Assembly (NCBI GenBank): GCA_048270185.1
Contig: JBLWTJ010000001.1
Span: 992,001-1,056,000 of the forward strand
Length of the DNA stretch: 64,000 nt
Direction of reading: 5' to 3'
Source of the DNA: Bacteriovoracaceae bacterium
GTDB taxonomy: Bacteria > Bdellovibrionota > Bacteriovoracia > Bacteriovoracales > Bacteriovoracaceae
Position numbers and translations under genes: made by a program. Below the pieces are notes generated by a model that was given only the letters and a program-made list of their open reading frames with translations, ran no database searches and was not told the origin of the DNA. This document shows positions 18,138 through 26,856 of this stretch, piece by piece. Every line of letters begins with the position of its first letter. Positions within the stretch are counted from its first letter, which is position 1.

Positions 18138-18947
18138 ATGTACTTTATTGGCGACGCAGGAATTGATGAGTATCTAAATTTAGAAAAGAATTATCTAGGT
18201 GGATGCTCTTTAAATGTAGCGGGCCACTATCGCCTATGTTCAAAGCTTGAAACTCATCTAATCTTTCCAACGATTACCAATAATCCTATTGAAAGTTATT
18301 GCGAGGAAATAGGAATCACCCACTACCCTCTATATCGAAATGGAGAGCTTCCTCGCCAAGAAATTGATATACAAGAAAGTGGCGAGAAAATCTTTGTACA
18401 ATATCACCCAGGAGTTATTGAAGGTTTTGTATTAGGTCATGAAGAAAAATTACTTTTAAAAAAGTGTGACACCATTGTGGCCCCTCTCTTTACTCAAATC
18501 CTTCCCTTCATTGATCAAGTCATTGAAGTTAGCGACTCAAAATTTATCTTCGACTTTCACGATGCTAGTGACTTCAATAAAGATATCAATGAAATTTCAA
18601 AATACTTAAAGCATGCAAGTATGGCCCAATTTGGCTTAACTCTTAAAGATGAAAACTTAAAAGCACAGCTTGTGAATAAGTCTATTGAACTTGGAATCGA
18701 ACTTCTTATCACGCAAGGTAGTGATGAGATTTACTATCTTGATGCCAAATCAAATACTGAAGTCAGATATACTCCAACTAAAATTGAAAAAGTATTTGAT
18801 AGCACAGGAGCCGGTGATTCTTTCCTTGGGGCATTTCTTTACTATAAGCAAGTCACAACAATCCACGATGCACTTGCCAAAGCAAGTACTTACGCAGCGC
18901 AAACTTTACAGTATTTCGGCCCTCTCCCTCATTTGTCGCATATATAA
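18138..18947 (+). CDS. PfkB family carbohydrate kinase
   Basis: GGCSLNVA and DSTGAGDSFLG signatures. Confidence 0.88.
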   Translation: MYFIGDAGIDEYLNLEKNYLGGCSLNVAGHYRLCSKLETHLIFPTITNNPIESYCEEIGITHYPLYRNGELPRQEIDIQESGEKIFVQYHPGVIEGFVLGHEEKLLLKKCDTIVAPLFTQILPFIDQVIEVSDSKFIFDFHDASDFNKDINEISKYLKHASMAQFGLTLKDENLKAQLVNKSIELGIELLITQGSDEIYYLDAKSNTEVRYTPTKIEKVFDSTGAGDSFLGAFLYYKQVTTIHDALAKASTYAAQTLQYFGPLPHLSHI

Positions 18948-19064
18948 CCAAAGCGTTAACAAACGTGCGCAACGCGTATTTAATTAACATAGTTAATATC
19001 CATATAATTTCTGTTTACATTTATTTACCCGAGAATACCCAGATCTCAAAGTTACGGAGAACTT

Positions 19065-20546
19065 ATGAATACAATTGAATTCCCAAATGAAACGATCCAC
19101 TGCCAAAACCTAATTGGTGGAAATTGGAAAACAGGAAGTGGTGCCAAGATCGATATCCACTCTCCTTATAATGGGAAGGTTGTCGGCGAAACACATAATG
19201 CGACATCACAAGAAATCGAAGAGGCCATCAACCTTGCTCATGAAGCATCAAAGAAATGGGGCCAAACACCTTTAAAAGAAAGAACTCAAGTTCTTTTTAA
19301 CTTCAGAAATATTCTTCTAAGAGATATCGATAAGATGTCTAATAGGGTTGCCCTTGAAAGTGGGAAAACTCTTGCCGAAGCAAAGGCCGGAATCCTTAAA
19401 GGAATTGAAGTCTTAGAATTTGCTGTTTCTATCCAAAACCTCGACCAAGGTGGAAAGATGGAAGTATCACGTGGTGTTTTTTGTGAGTACAGAAGAGAGC
19501 CACTTGGAGTTGTTGCTTCAATCACTCCTTTTAACTTCCCGGCAATGGTTCCAATGTGGACAATCCCAATCGCAATCGCTCTAGGAAATAGCTACGTTTG
19601 GAAGCCTAGTGAGAAAACTCCACTCACAGCGACTCTACTTGCCAATGCTCTAAAAGAAGCAGGTCTTCCAGATGGTGTAATGACAGTACTAAATGGTGAT
19701 TCAACAGTTGTTAATGCCATTATTGATAATGAAAAAGTTAAGGCAGTTGGATTTGTTGGTTCAAGTAAAGTTGCAAAACTAGTTTACCAAAGAGCAAGCC
19801 AGCACGGAAAACGTGCACTATGCCTTGGTGGAGCAAAGAACCACATCGTTCTACTACCAGACGCAACGCCTGAGATGGCAGGTGTAGGAATTGCTGATTC
19901 ATTTACTGGTTGTGCCGGTCAAAGATGTATGGCCGCTTCTGTTTTACTAGCTGTTGGTGAGACAACAAAGCAAATTGAAGCAATTAAAGAACGCGCCCTT
20001 GCCACAACTTGTGGAGATAAGATGGGTGCACTTATTACAAAAGAACAATATGACTTCTTAAATGGTGCAATTGATGATGCTGTTAAGAATGGTGCTACTT
20101 TACTTCTCGATGGCCGTGGTCAAAAAGCTAGTGATGCCAAATACGAAGGTGGCTACTGGCTAGGGCCAACGATACTCGACAATGTAAAACCTGATTCACA
20201 GGCTTCAAAGATTGAATTATTTGGGCCAGTACTAAGCATTATCCGCGCACAAAATATTTCAGAAGCAATGGAAATTGAAAACTCAAATGACTATGGAAAT
20301 GCTTGTTCTGTTTTTACAAATAACGGAGCAATGGCAGAGATCGTTGCAACAAAAGCAAAGGCCGGAATGGTTGGAATTAATATAGGAGTACCAGTTCCAA
20401 GAGAACCATTTAGTTTTGGTGGAATCAATGAATCAAAATTTGGATTCGGAGATATCACTGGAGCAAACTCTCTAAACTTCTGGAGTGATATTAAGAAAGT
20501 TACGACTAAGTGGACAATGCAAAACGATCACAACTGGATGAGCTAA
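19065..20546 (+). CDS. mmsA: CoA-acylating (methyl)malonate-semialdehyde dehydrogenase
   Basis: PFNFPAMVP, KPSE, GGAKNH, CAGQRCMA, GINIGVPVP. Confidence 0.92.
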   Translation: MNTIEFPNETIHCQNLIGGNWKTGSGAKIDIHSPYNGKVVGETHNATSQEIEEAINLAHEASKKWGQTPLKERTQVLFNFRNILLRDIDKMSNRVALESGKTLAEAKAGILKGIEVLEFAVSIQNLDQGGKMEVSRGVFCEYRREPLGVVASITPFNFPAMVPMWTIPIAIALGNSYVWKPSEKTPLTATLLANALKEAGLPDGVMTVLNGDSTVVNAIIDNEKVKAVGFVGSSKVAKLVYQRASQHGKRALCLGGAKNHIVLLPDATPEMAGVGIADSFTGCAGQRCMAASVLLAVGETTKQIEAIKERALATTCGDKMGALITKEQYDFLNGAIDDAVKNGATLLLDGRGQKASDAKYEGGYWLGPTILDNVKPDSQASKIELFGPVLSIIRAQNISEAMEIENSNDYGNACSVFTNNGAMAEIVATKAKAGMVGINIGVPVPREPFSFGGINESKFGFGDITGANSLNFWSDIKKVTTKWTMQNDHNWMS

Positions 20547-20550
20547 GAAA

Positions 20551-21834
20551 ATGAAGGAAACTAAGATGGATGCAAAAACATTGAAATTTGAAAGGTCGAG
20601 CCACGTCGTTCTGACTTCACATAGAAACCAAGTTTTTAAGAAATCTCTACCGATTCACTGGGGAGCAAAGAACCCAAAAGAGCGTGGACCAGTTATTGGA
20701 ACAATTACTGAACTTGAAAATAGAAATGCCATAGGAACACATAGCGGCTCTTACACTGTTTATCGTGCCCTATCGATTGCTCAAGGGAATTACCCTAAGG
20801 AGCACAGACCGGATCTAAACAATACTCAGGCAACAACTGAAATTGGACCTTTTGATTCATGGTTTGATCCTGATAAATTAGTTTCGATTGACCCATGGGG
20901 TGGACACGTTCAACAAGTTTTTAAAGACGAGTTAGGCGATGGATATAATATCAATCCAACAATTGCTGTGACACAGGCCCATCTTCAAATCCCAGAAATT
21001 TATGATGCCGTTGCCAAAGGACGTCTAAAGCCAGATGGAAAGATCGTTAAGAATAATGGAGATATTGCCATTACAAAAATTGCTTTTGAACCTGTGTGGT
21101 ATCTACCGGGTATTGCTAAGCGCCTTGGTATTGATGAAGGTGAATTAAGAAAGATTCTCTTTAATGAAACAGGGGGAATGTTTCCAGAACTAGTTACGCG
21201 CCCAGATTTAAAGGTTCTTCTTCCACCAATCGGCTCTTCAACGGCCTATGTATTTGGTGATCCAAAAGATCTGGCCAATCCTGATGTAAAATTATCTTGT
21301 CGTGTTCACGATGAGTGTAATGGTTCAGACGTTTTTGGTTCTGATATTTGTACATGCCGTCCATACCTAACTTATGGGATTGAGCACGCGGCAAAGACAG
21401 CGCAAGAAGGTGGAGTTGGTATTGTCGTCTACTTTAGAAAGGAAGGACGAGCTCTTGGTGAAGTAACAAAGTTCCTTGTTTATAACGCAAGAAAGAGACA
21501 AGAAGGTGGAGATTCAGCTGCGAATTACTTTAAGCGCACGGAATGTGTTGCTGGAGTTGAGGATGCGAGATTCCAGGAGTTAATGCCAGATGTACTACAC
21601 TACTTTGGTATCAAAAGAATTCACGAACTTCATTCAATGTCGAATATGAAATACAACGCAATTACAGGAAGTGGGATTGAAGTTATTAATCGTATCTCAA
21701 TTCCAGATGAGCTAATTCCAGCCGATGCTCAAGTTGAAATTGAAGCAAAGAAAGCTGCCGGTTACTTCACTGCAGGCGAAGTGAAGTCAAAGAATGACCT
21801 CGAAAAAGTACAAGGAAGAAAACTAGATGAGTAA
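20551..21834 (+). CDS. URC1-type GTP cyclohydrolase II-like protein
   Basis: N-terminal WGA...RGPVI..RNAIGTHSGSY extension plus RVHDECNGSDVFGSDICTCRPYL and KEGRALGE. Confidence 0.92.
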   Translation: MKETKMDAKTLKFERSSHVVLTSHRNQVFKKSLPIHWGAKNPKERGPVIGTITELENRNAIGTHSGSYTVYRALSIAQGNYPKEHRPDLNNTQATTEIGPFDSWFDPDKLVSIDPWGGHVQQVFKDELGDGYNINPTIAVTQAHLQIPEIYDAVAKGRLKPDGKIVKNNGDIAITKIAFEPVWYLPGIAKRLGIDEGELRKILFNETGGMFPELVTRPDLKVLLPPIGSSTAYVFGDPKDLANPDVKLSCRVHDECNGSDVFGSDICTCRPYLTYGIEHAAKTAQEGGVGIVVYFRKEGRALGEVTKFLVYNARKRQEGGDSAANYFKRTECVAGVEDARFQELMPDVLHYFGIKRIHELHSMSNMKYNAITGSGIEVINRISIPDELIPADAQVEIEAKKAAGYFTAGEVKSKNDLEKVQGRKLDE

Positions 21835-23035
21835 TACGTCCAATAATATTGATTATATCAGAAGTCCAAAGGCCATCAGAGAAAAAACGATGATGCTTTA
21901 TAACCTTTCAAAAGAAGGGAAGACGAACTTCGAAATTCATGAAGAGAAACTTGATGAAGTTGCAAACTTTGTTTTAGAAACAATTAAGAATAACTACCCT
22001 AGTCTTGAAATCCCTTTTCACTCACGTTGGGGACACTTTAGAGTTGGTGGAATAAAAAGAGACGATGAAGTAGCAAAGAAGCTAGCAAATGCAGACGCTC
22101 TAGAGATTGCAAGAACAAAGCTTGATCTTGCCATCACTTCTGTCTTACTAGATGCAGGAGCAGGCCCAACCTGGAAGTACAATGAAGCGGGACAATTCTT
22201 TAATCGCTCAGAGGGACTAGGAGTTGCAAGCTTTCATATGTTTATGGCAGGTGCATTTTCAAATGATGGAAGCCTTGCTGCCCACGCAACAAAGCTTACA
22301 ACAATTACTGCAAGTGATATTGAAAAATACTTTCAAGTAACGCCAGAGAATCCTCTTATTGGAACTGAAGGTCGTGCCCTACTTCTTAAGTCTCTTGGAG
22401 AAACAATTGCCAAGAAACCGGAAGTTTTCAAAGATGGACGCCCAGGTAATATCGTCGATCACTTAATTGCCAAGCACGGTAAAAGCTTTAAGGCACAAGA
22501 TCTACTAAAAGCAGTTCTTGAGCATTTTGGGGATATTTGGCCATCACGAATTGAAATGGATGGAGTCAATCTTGGAGACGTTTGGTCTCACCCAGCATTA
22601 GGAGAGAAGAATTCATTTGACTCTCTTGTAGCATTTCACAAGCTATCTCAGTGGTTAACTTACTCACTAATTGAACCAATTATTGAAGCCGGAATAAATG
22701 TAACAGACGTAAGTGAAATGACAGGTCTTGCAGAATATCGCAATGGTGGCCTTTTAATTGATAAGGGATTGATCTCTCTTAGAGATAAATCACTTTATGA
22801 TATTGCTCATAGGCCGGATAGCGAGGTCATCATTGAATGGCGCGCTCTTACTGTAGTCTTTCTCGATAAATTAGCAGATATCGTTCGTGGACAACTAGGC
22901 TTTAGTGCAGAGGAATTCCCTCTAGCAAAAGTCCTTGAAGGTGGAACATGGTGGGCCGGAAGAATCGCGGCCAAGGAGAAACGTGAAGATAGCTCTCCTC
23001 CATTAAAGCTTGATAGTGATGGAACAGTTTTTTAA
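21827..23035 (+). CDS. URC4/Urg3 (DUF1688) protein
   Basis: IPFHSRWGHF, SVLLDAGAG..W, RSEGL, FHKLSQWLTYSL, TGLAEYRNGGL, SDGTVF. Confidence 0.93.
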   Translation: MSNTSNNIDYIRSPKAIREKTMMLYNLSKEGKTNFEIHEEKLDEVANFVLETIKNNYPSLEIPFHSRWGHFRVGGIKRDDEVAKKLANADALEIARTKLDLAITSVLLDAGAGPTWKYNEAGQFFNRSEGLGVASFHMFMAGAFSNDGSLAAHATKLTTITASDIEKYFQVTPENPLIGTEGRALLLKSLGETIAKKPEVFKDGRPGNIVDHLIAKHGKSFKAQDLLKAVLEHFGDIWPSRIEMDGVNLGDVWSHPALGEKNSFDSLVAFHKLSQWLTYSLIEPIIEAGINVTDVSEMTGLAEYRNGGLLIDKGLISLRDKSLYDIAHRPDSEVIIEWRALTVVFLDKLADIVRGQLGFSAEEFPLAKVLEGGTWWAGRIAAKEKREDSSPPLKLDSDGTVF

Positions 23036-23050
23036 AAATTTGGAGAATAT

Positions 23051-23680
23051 ATGACAACACTTAACTTAATCAATCACCCGATTATCCAACATAAGCTAAC
23101 AAAGCTACGTGAAAAAGATACAAACTCAATTGGCTTTAGAGGCCTTATGAATGAGATCGGTAAATTTCTAGCCTACGAAGCCACTCGCAATATCACAACT
23201 GAAACTTATGATATCGAAACACCACTGATGAAGACACGTGGTATTCGTCCAACAACTTATCCAATGGTTGTCTCAATCATGAGAGCAGGAAATGGAATGC
23301 TTGACGGTGTTCTTGAAACCCTACCATATGCAAGTGCCGGACATATTGGAATTTATCGCGATAAGTTTATCCACAACACAGTTGAGTACTATTTCAAACT
23401 GCCAGAAGATGCCAAGGGACGTGATGTTCTCCTTCTTGATCCTATGCTTGCAACTGGAGATACAATGATTGCATCCATTGATCGCCTAAAGCAGTATGAA
23501 GTCGGAAAAATTACAGTTTTATCAGTTCTAGTTAGCCCTGAAGGAATTGAGAAGGTACACCACTTTCATCCTGATGTTGAAATCTTTGCTCTAAGCAAAG
23601 AGGAAGGCCTTAATGAGAAAGGCTACCTTCTTCCAGGTATGGGTGATGCCGGGGACCGACTATATAATACAACGCTTTAA
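23051..23680 (+). CDS. upp: Uracil phosphoribosyltransferase
   Basis: IMRAG, LDPMLATG, YLLPGMGDAGDR. Confidence 0.96.
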   Translation: MTTLNLINHPIIQHKLTKLREKDTNSIGFRGLMNEIGKFLAYEATRNITTETYDIETPLMKTRGIRPTTYPMVVSIMRAGNGMLDGVLETLPYASAGHIGIYRDKFIHNTVEYYFKLPEDAKGRDVLLLDPMLATGDTMIASIDRLKQYEVGKITVLSVLVSPEGIEKVHHFHPDVEIFALSKEEGLNEKGYLLPGMGDAGDRLYNTTL

Positions 23681-23707
23681 TATTTTAAATGAGATTGAGG
23701 GAGAGAG

Positions 23708-24319
23708 ATGAGCGAAGTCTATATCATAGGAATTGCAGGTGGAAGTGGGTCTGGAAAGACTACTTTTGCGACAAGGTTACGTGCACGCCTAGGAGAAGAA
23801 CATTCTGAAGTTCTTGGCCAAGACTCATACTATATCGATCAATCAAATAAATTTGACCATGATGGAGGGGCCGTCAACTTTGACCACCCTTCATCATTAG
23901 AATTCTCACTCATGGCCTCTCACCTACTTGAGCTTAAAAATGGCAAAAGTATCGACGTACCTATTTACGACTTTGCTACACATAAGAGATTACCAAAGGC
24001 CGACAAATTAGCTCCGAAAAGAATTATTTTTGTTGATGGAATCCTTATCTTCTCTCAACCAGAGGTCGTTAATTGTCTCGATCATAAAATCTTTATCGAT
24101 TGTGAAGAAGAACTTCGCTACACGAGACGACTTGATCGTGATGTCAAAGAACGTGGACGTACTCCAGAAGGTGTTAGAGCTCAATTTCAGGCCCAAGTTA
24201 AGCCAATGCATGATGAATTTGTTGAGCCATCAAAATCCGTTGCTTGCGATATTGTCTGTGTTCATAATTTTGATGAAAAGCTTGATTTGTGGACCGAAAA
24301 GATAAAGAACCTCATTTAG
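23708..24319 (+). CDS. udk: Uridine kinase
   Basis: GIAGGSGSGKTT, NFDHP, RRLDRDVKERGR, FVEPSK. Confidence 0.95.
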   Translation: MSEVYIIGIAGGSGSGKTTFATRLRARLGEEHSEVLGQDSYYIDQSNKFDHDGGAVNFDHPSSLEFSLMASHLLELKNGKSIDVPIYDFATHKRLPKADKLAPKRIIFVDGILIFSQPEVVNCLDHKIFIDCEEELRYTRRLDRDVKERGRTPEGVRAQFQAQVKPMHDEFVEPSKSVACDIVCVHNFDEKLDLWTEKIKNLI

Positions 24320-24329
24320 CATCCGATAA
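24303..24329 (+). promoter_or_regulatory. sigma28 (FliA)-like promoter
   Basis: TAAA-N15-TCCGATAA versus consensus TAAA-N15-GCCGATAA. Confidence 0.65.
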
Positions 24330-24355
24330 GTTTTATAGAATTTCTCGGGGGATCT

Positions 24356-25450
24356 ATGAAACGTATCACGCTACTTGCGATTATTTTTTTTCTATTTAGC
24401 TGCCAATCAGAACAAGCTTCAAAACGCAGTGTTGCTTCAGTTAATGCACTTCAGCCACCTGTTGAACAAGGTGAAATCTGGGGAGAGAAAGAAGCACAGA
24501 ATATGGAGCGAGTTGCTGATATCTTTCGCGAAACACTTATTGAGTCAACAGGTAATGACAAGATCATGAAGCGTGATGCCCACCCAAAGCACCACGGTTG
24601 TGTCACTTCTGATCTAACAATCGATAATTCGAAGTTACCTGAAAGTCTAAGAGTTGGACTCTTTAGCGAAAATAGATCTTATAAGAGTATCATTCGTTTC
24701 TCCAATGGAGATCCTGACTTTAGGAAGAATGATATTGAAAGTGATGTTCGTGGTATGGCCCTTAAAATTATTAATCCAACCTATCAGAATTATCTCCAAG
24801 AAATTGGTTTTGATGGAAATGAAAATATCCACGATTTAGTCATGATGAATGCAGATAGCTTCTTTATTGCCAATCCTAAGGCTTATGAAAAATTTATGGA
24901 ATCAACTCGAGGACGTTTTGGAGTCCTTGGCTACCTGGCCCTACACTGGGGAACTCTAAAAAAGATTCTTGGAGCACGCGTAAAGGTCTCAAACCCTCTT
25001 GATATAGACTACGCTTCAGCAACACCATATAAGCTAGCTAATACAAGTATGAAATTTGGTTTTAAGTCTTGTCGTAAGAATAAAGATACAATCCCTGAAT
25101 CTCCAAGTGCGAACTACCTGGGAGAAAGGTTAATGAGTACACTTGCAAGAGAAGAAGGATGTTTTGAATTCTATGTCCAGCCAAATATGGATCCAAAGAA
25201 GAATCAAATTGAGAATGCTATGAAGTCATGGGATGAGAAGAAGTCACCTAAAATCACAGTCGGAAAGCTTATTGTTAACAAGCAAACCGGATTTCGTTCA
25301 CCAGCGAGAATGGAAGCATGTGAGAATATGACATTTAATCCATGGCGAGCACCAAAAGAGAATCGACCTCTAGGTGGAGTTAATCGTATAAGATTAGAGG
25401 TCTACCTCAATCAATCAAAATTAAGACACGATTATAACGGTGTTAGATAA
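24356..25450 (+). CDS. Catalase-related heme lipoprotein (mini-catalase/peroxidase)
   Basis: Lipobox LFSC, RDAHPKHHG distal His, RFSN, DVRGMALK, DLVMMN, NRIR..VY proximal Tyr. Confidence 0.85.
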   Translation: MKRITLLAIIFFLFSCQSEQASKRSVASVNALQPPVEQGEIWGEKEAQNMERVADIFRETLIESTGNDKIMKRDAHPKHHGCVTSDLTIDNSKLPESLRVGLFSENRSYKSIIRFSNGDPDFRKNDIESDVRGMALKIINPTYQNYLQEIGFDGNENIHDLVMMNADSFFIANPKAYEKFMESTRGRFGVLGYLALHWGTLKKILGARVKVSNPLDIDYASATPYKLANTSMKFGFKSCRKNKDTIPESPSANYLGERLMSTLAREEGCFEFYVQPNMDPKKNQIENAMKSWDEKKSPKITVGKLIVNKQTGFRSPARMEACENMTFNPWRAPKENRPLGGVNRIRLEVYLNQSKLRHDYNGVR

Positions 25451-25454
25451 GAAG

Positions 25455-25478
25455 AAGGCCCTGAAAACAGGGCCTTTT
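25455..25478. terminator. Intrinsic terminator between convergent genes
   Basis: aaggccctg-aaaa-cagggcctttt. Confidence 0.85.
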
Positions 25479-25488
25479 ATTTGAGAAA

Positions 25489-26856
25489 TTATTGTGCAAG
25501 AATTGCTGAAAGGTGGGCAGCATATGACCATGTTAGATCTGTTGCACCTTCCATATAACCGCTATGACGGTTCATTTGTTCTGACATATGCCCGTTTGTA
25601 CCGGCATGGTAATTTGCACGATTAAAGAATTCCTGTGCCTTAATTCTTAGGTTTTTAATGATTGCAACTTTAGTCGCCTCATTTGTTAAACCTTCAAGAC
25701 TACATTCTTTCTTCTTAAGCTCAAGTAGGTCACAGTAGAACTCAGTATTTGTGATATTGAAATCTTGCGCAAGAGCATGTGAAAGTTTCAGGTGAAATTC
25801 GGCCATTGCAAATGTTGCTAAGAACCATGCATGTCCTTCACTATCAGTCGTGTAACCATCGTAAGTATCTTCTGGATAGCGTCCAATAGCTGTTCCAAGT
25901 TGCTCACCTTCAATTGTGTTAATTCCATATAGATTTTTGAAAGTATTTTCAATTTTAGAAACAGTTCTTAGGACTCTGTCACTTTTAACATCATAGTAAC
26001 CATTATTATCTCCAGCGTGTAGAACACCCAGAACAACTGAAATATCAAGTTGAGACTTCCATACACCACGAGTTTGATAGATTGTTGATTGAATATAACC
26101 TTTGTCTTCAGACCAGAAGTTTTCAACAACAGCTTCAATCTTCTTTGCCTCTTCTTCATAGTATTGAGCTGCTCCACCATCTCCTAGACGTCTTGCAAGG
26201 TTTGCTCCTTGTAGAAGGGCCTGTCTTTGAGCAAGGATCGTTGAGAAGTGAAGTCCCATGACTTCTTCCCAGTAATCAAAACCTTGTTCATTCCAATGAC
26301 GAGCAGTGTATTCAAGATCTTGCTTAATAACAGAAAGTGCAGGAAGAGTTGGCGTGTAAAGAGTATTCACAACGTAATCCATCTTTCCTTCTTCAATAAG
26401 TGTATTAGCAAAATTGATTAGAGTTAGTGCTCTAAGCGCTGGACCGTCGTGTTGAGGACGACCCCAAGGCCCAGTGAAGACTGTTCCGTCAACATTGTAC
26501 TTTGGCTCACCAAGATTCCAAAAACCAGAAGCATTCTGGTTTGTTTGTACCCTTTCAACAAAGCGATAAAGTACACCATAAAGCTCTGCTTTCTTTTCCT
26601 GTGTTTCTTGTTTAGCAACATTTAGAACTGTATTCATTACAAGTGCTGCATCTCTTACCCAGTGGTAGAAATAATCAGGATTTGCTCGAGATGGTGAAGC
26701 AACAACTGTTCCCTTTACAGTATCAGCTGGTTCAATATTCTCTAAAAGGTATTGTAAACTATTTCCATAGTTGATCTTGTCTAAGATCTTTGTCGTACTT
26801 GCAAATGATGTACTTGCAAAAAGTGTAATCAGTAAAAAGCTCTTTAAGAATTTCAT
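25489..26856 (-). CDS. Secreted glucoamylase (GH15)
   Basis: Signal peptide; PDYFYHWVRDAAL, LGEPK, WGRPQHDGPALRA, DYWEE, GRYPED, SEQ, LTWSYA. Confidence 0.93.
   Translation of the reverse strand: MKFLKSFLLITLFASTSFASTTKILDKINYGNSLQYLLENIEPADTVKGTVVASPSRANPDYFYHWVRDAALVMNTVLNVAKQETQEKKAELYGVLYRFVERVQTNQNASGFWNLGEPKYNVDGTVFTGPWGRPQHDGPALRALTLINFANTLIEEGKMDYVVNTLYTPTLPALSVIKQDLEYTARHWNEQGFDYWEEVMGLHFSTILAQRQALLQGANLARRLGDGGAAQYYEEEAKKIEAVVENFWSEDKGYIQSTIYQTRGVWKSQLDISVVLGVLHAGDNNGYYDVKSDRVLRTVSKIENTFKNLYGINTIEGEQLGTAIGRYPEDTYDGYTTDSEGHAWFLATFAMAEFHLKLSHALAQDFNITNTEFYCDLLELKKKECSLEGLTNEATKVAIIKNLRIKAQEFFNRANYHAGTNGHMSEQMNRHSGYMEGATDLTWSYAAHLSAILAQ

Noticed and set aside
20551..21834. Riboflavin ribA
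   Set aside because: The long URC1-type N-terminal extension and urc4/upp context indicate uracil catabolism; no rib genes nearby.
26795..26820. Direct repeat gtacttgcaaa in the glucoamylase leader
   Set aside because: Small duplication at the signal peptide cleavage site (FASTSFAS); no evident function.
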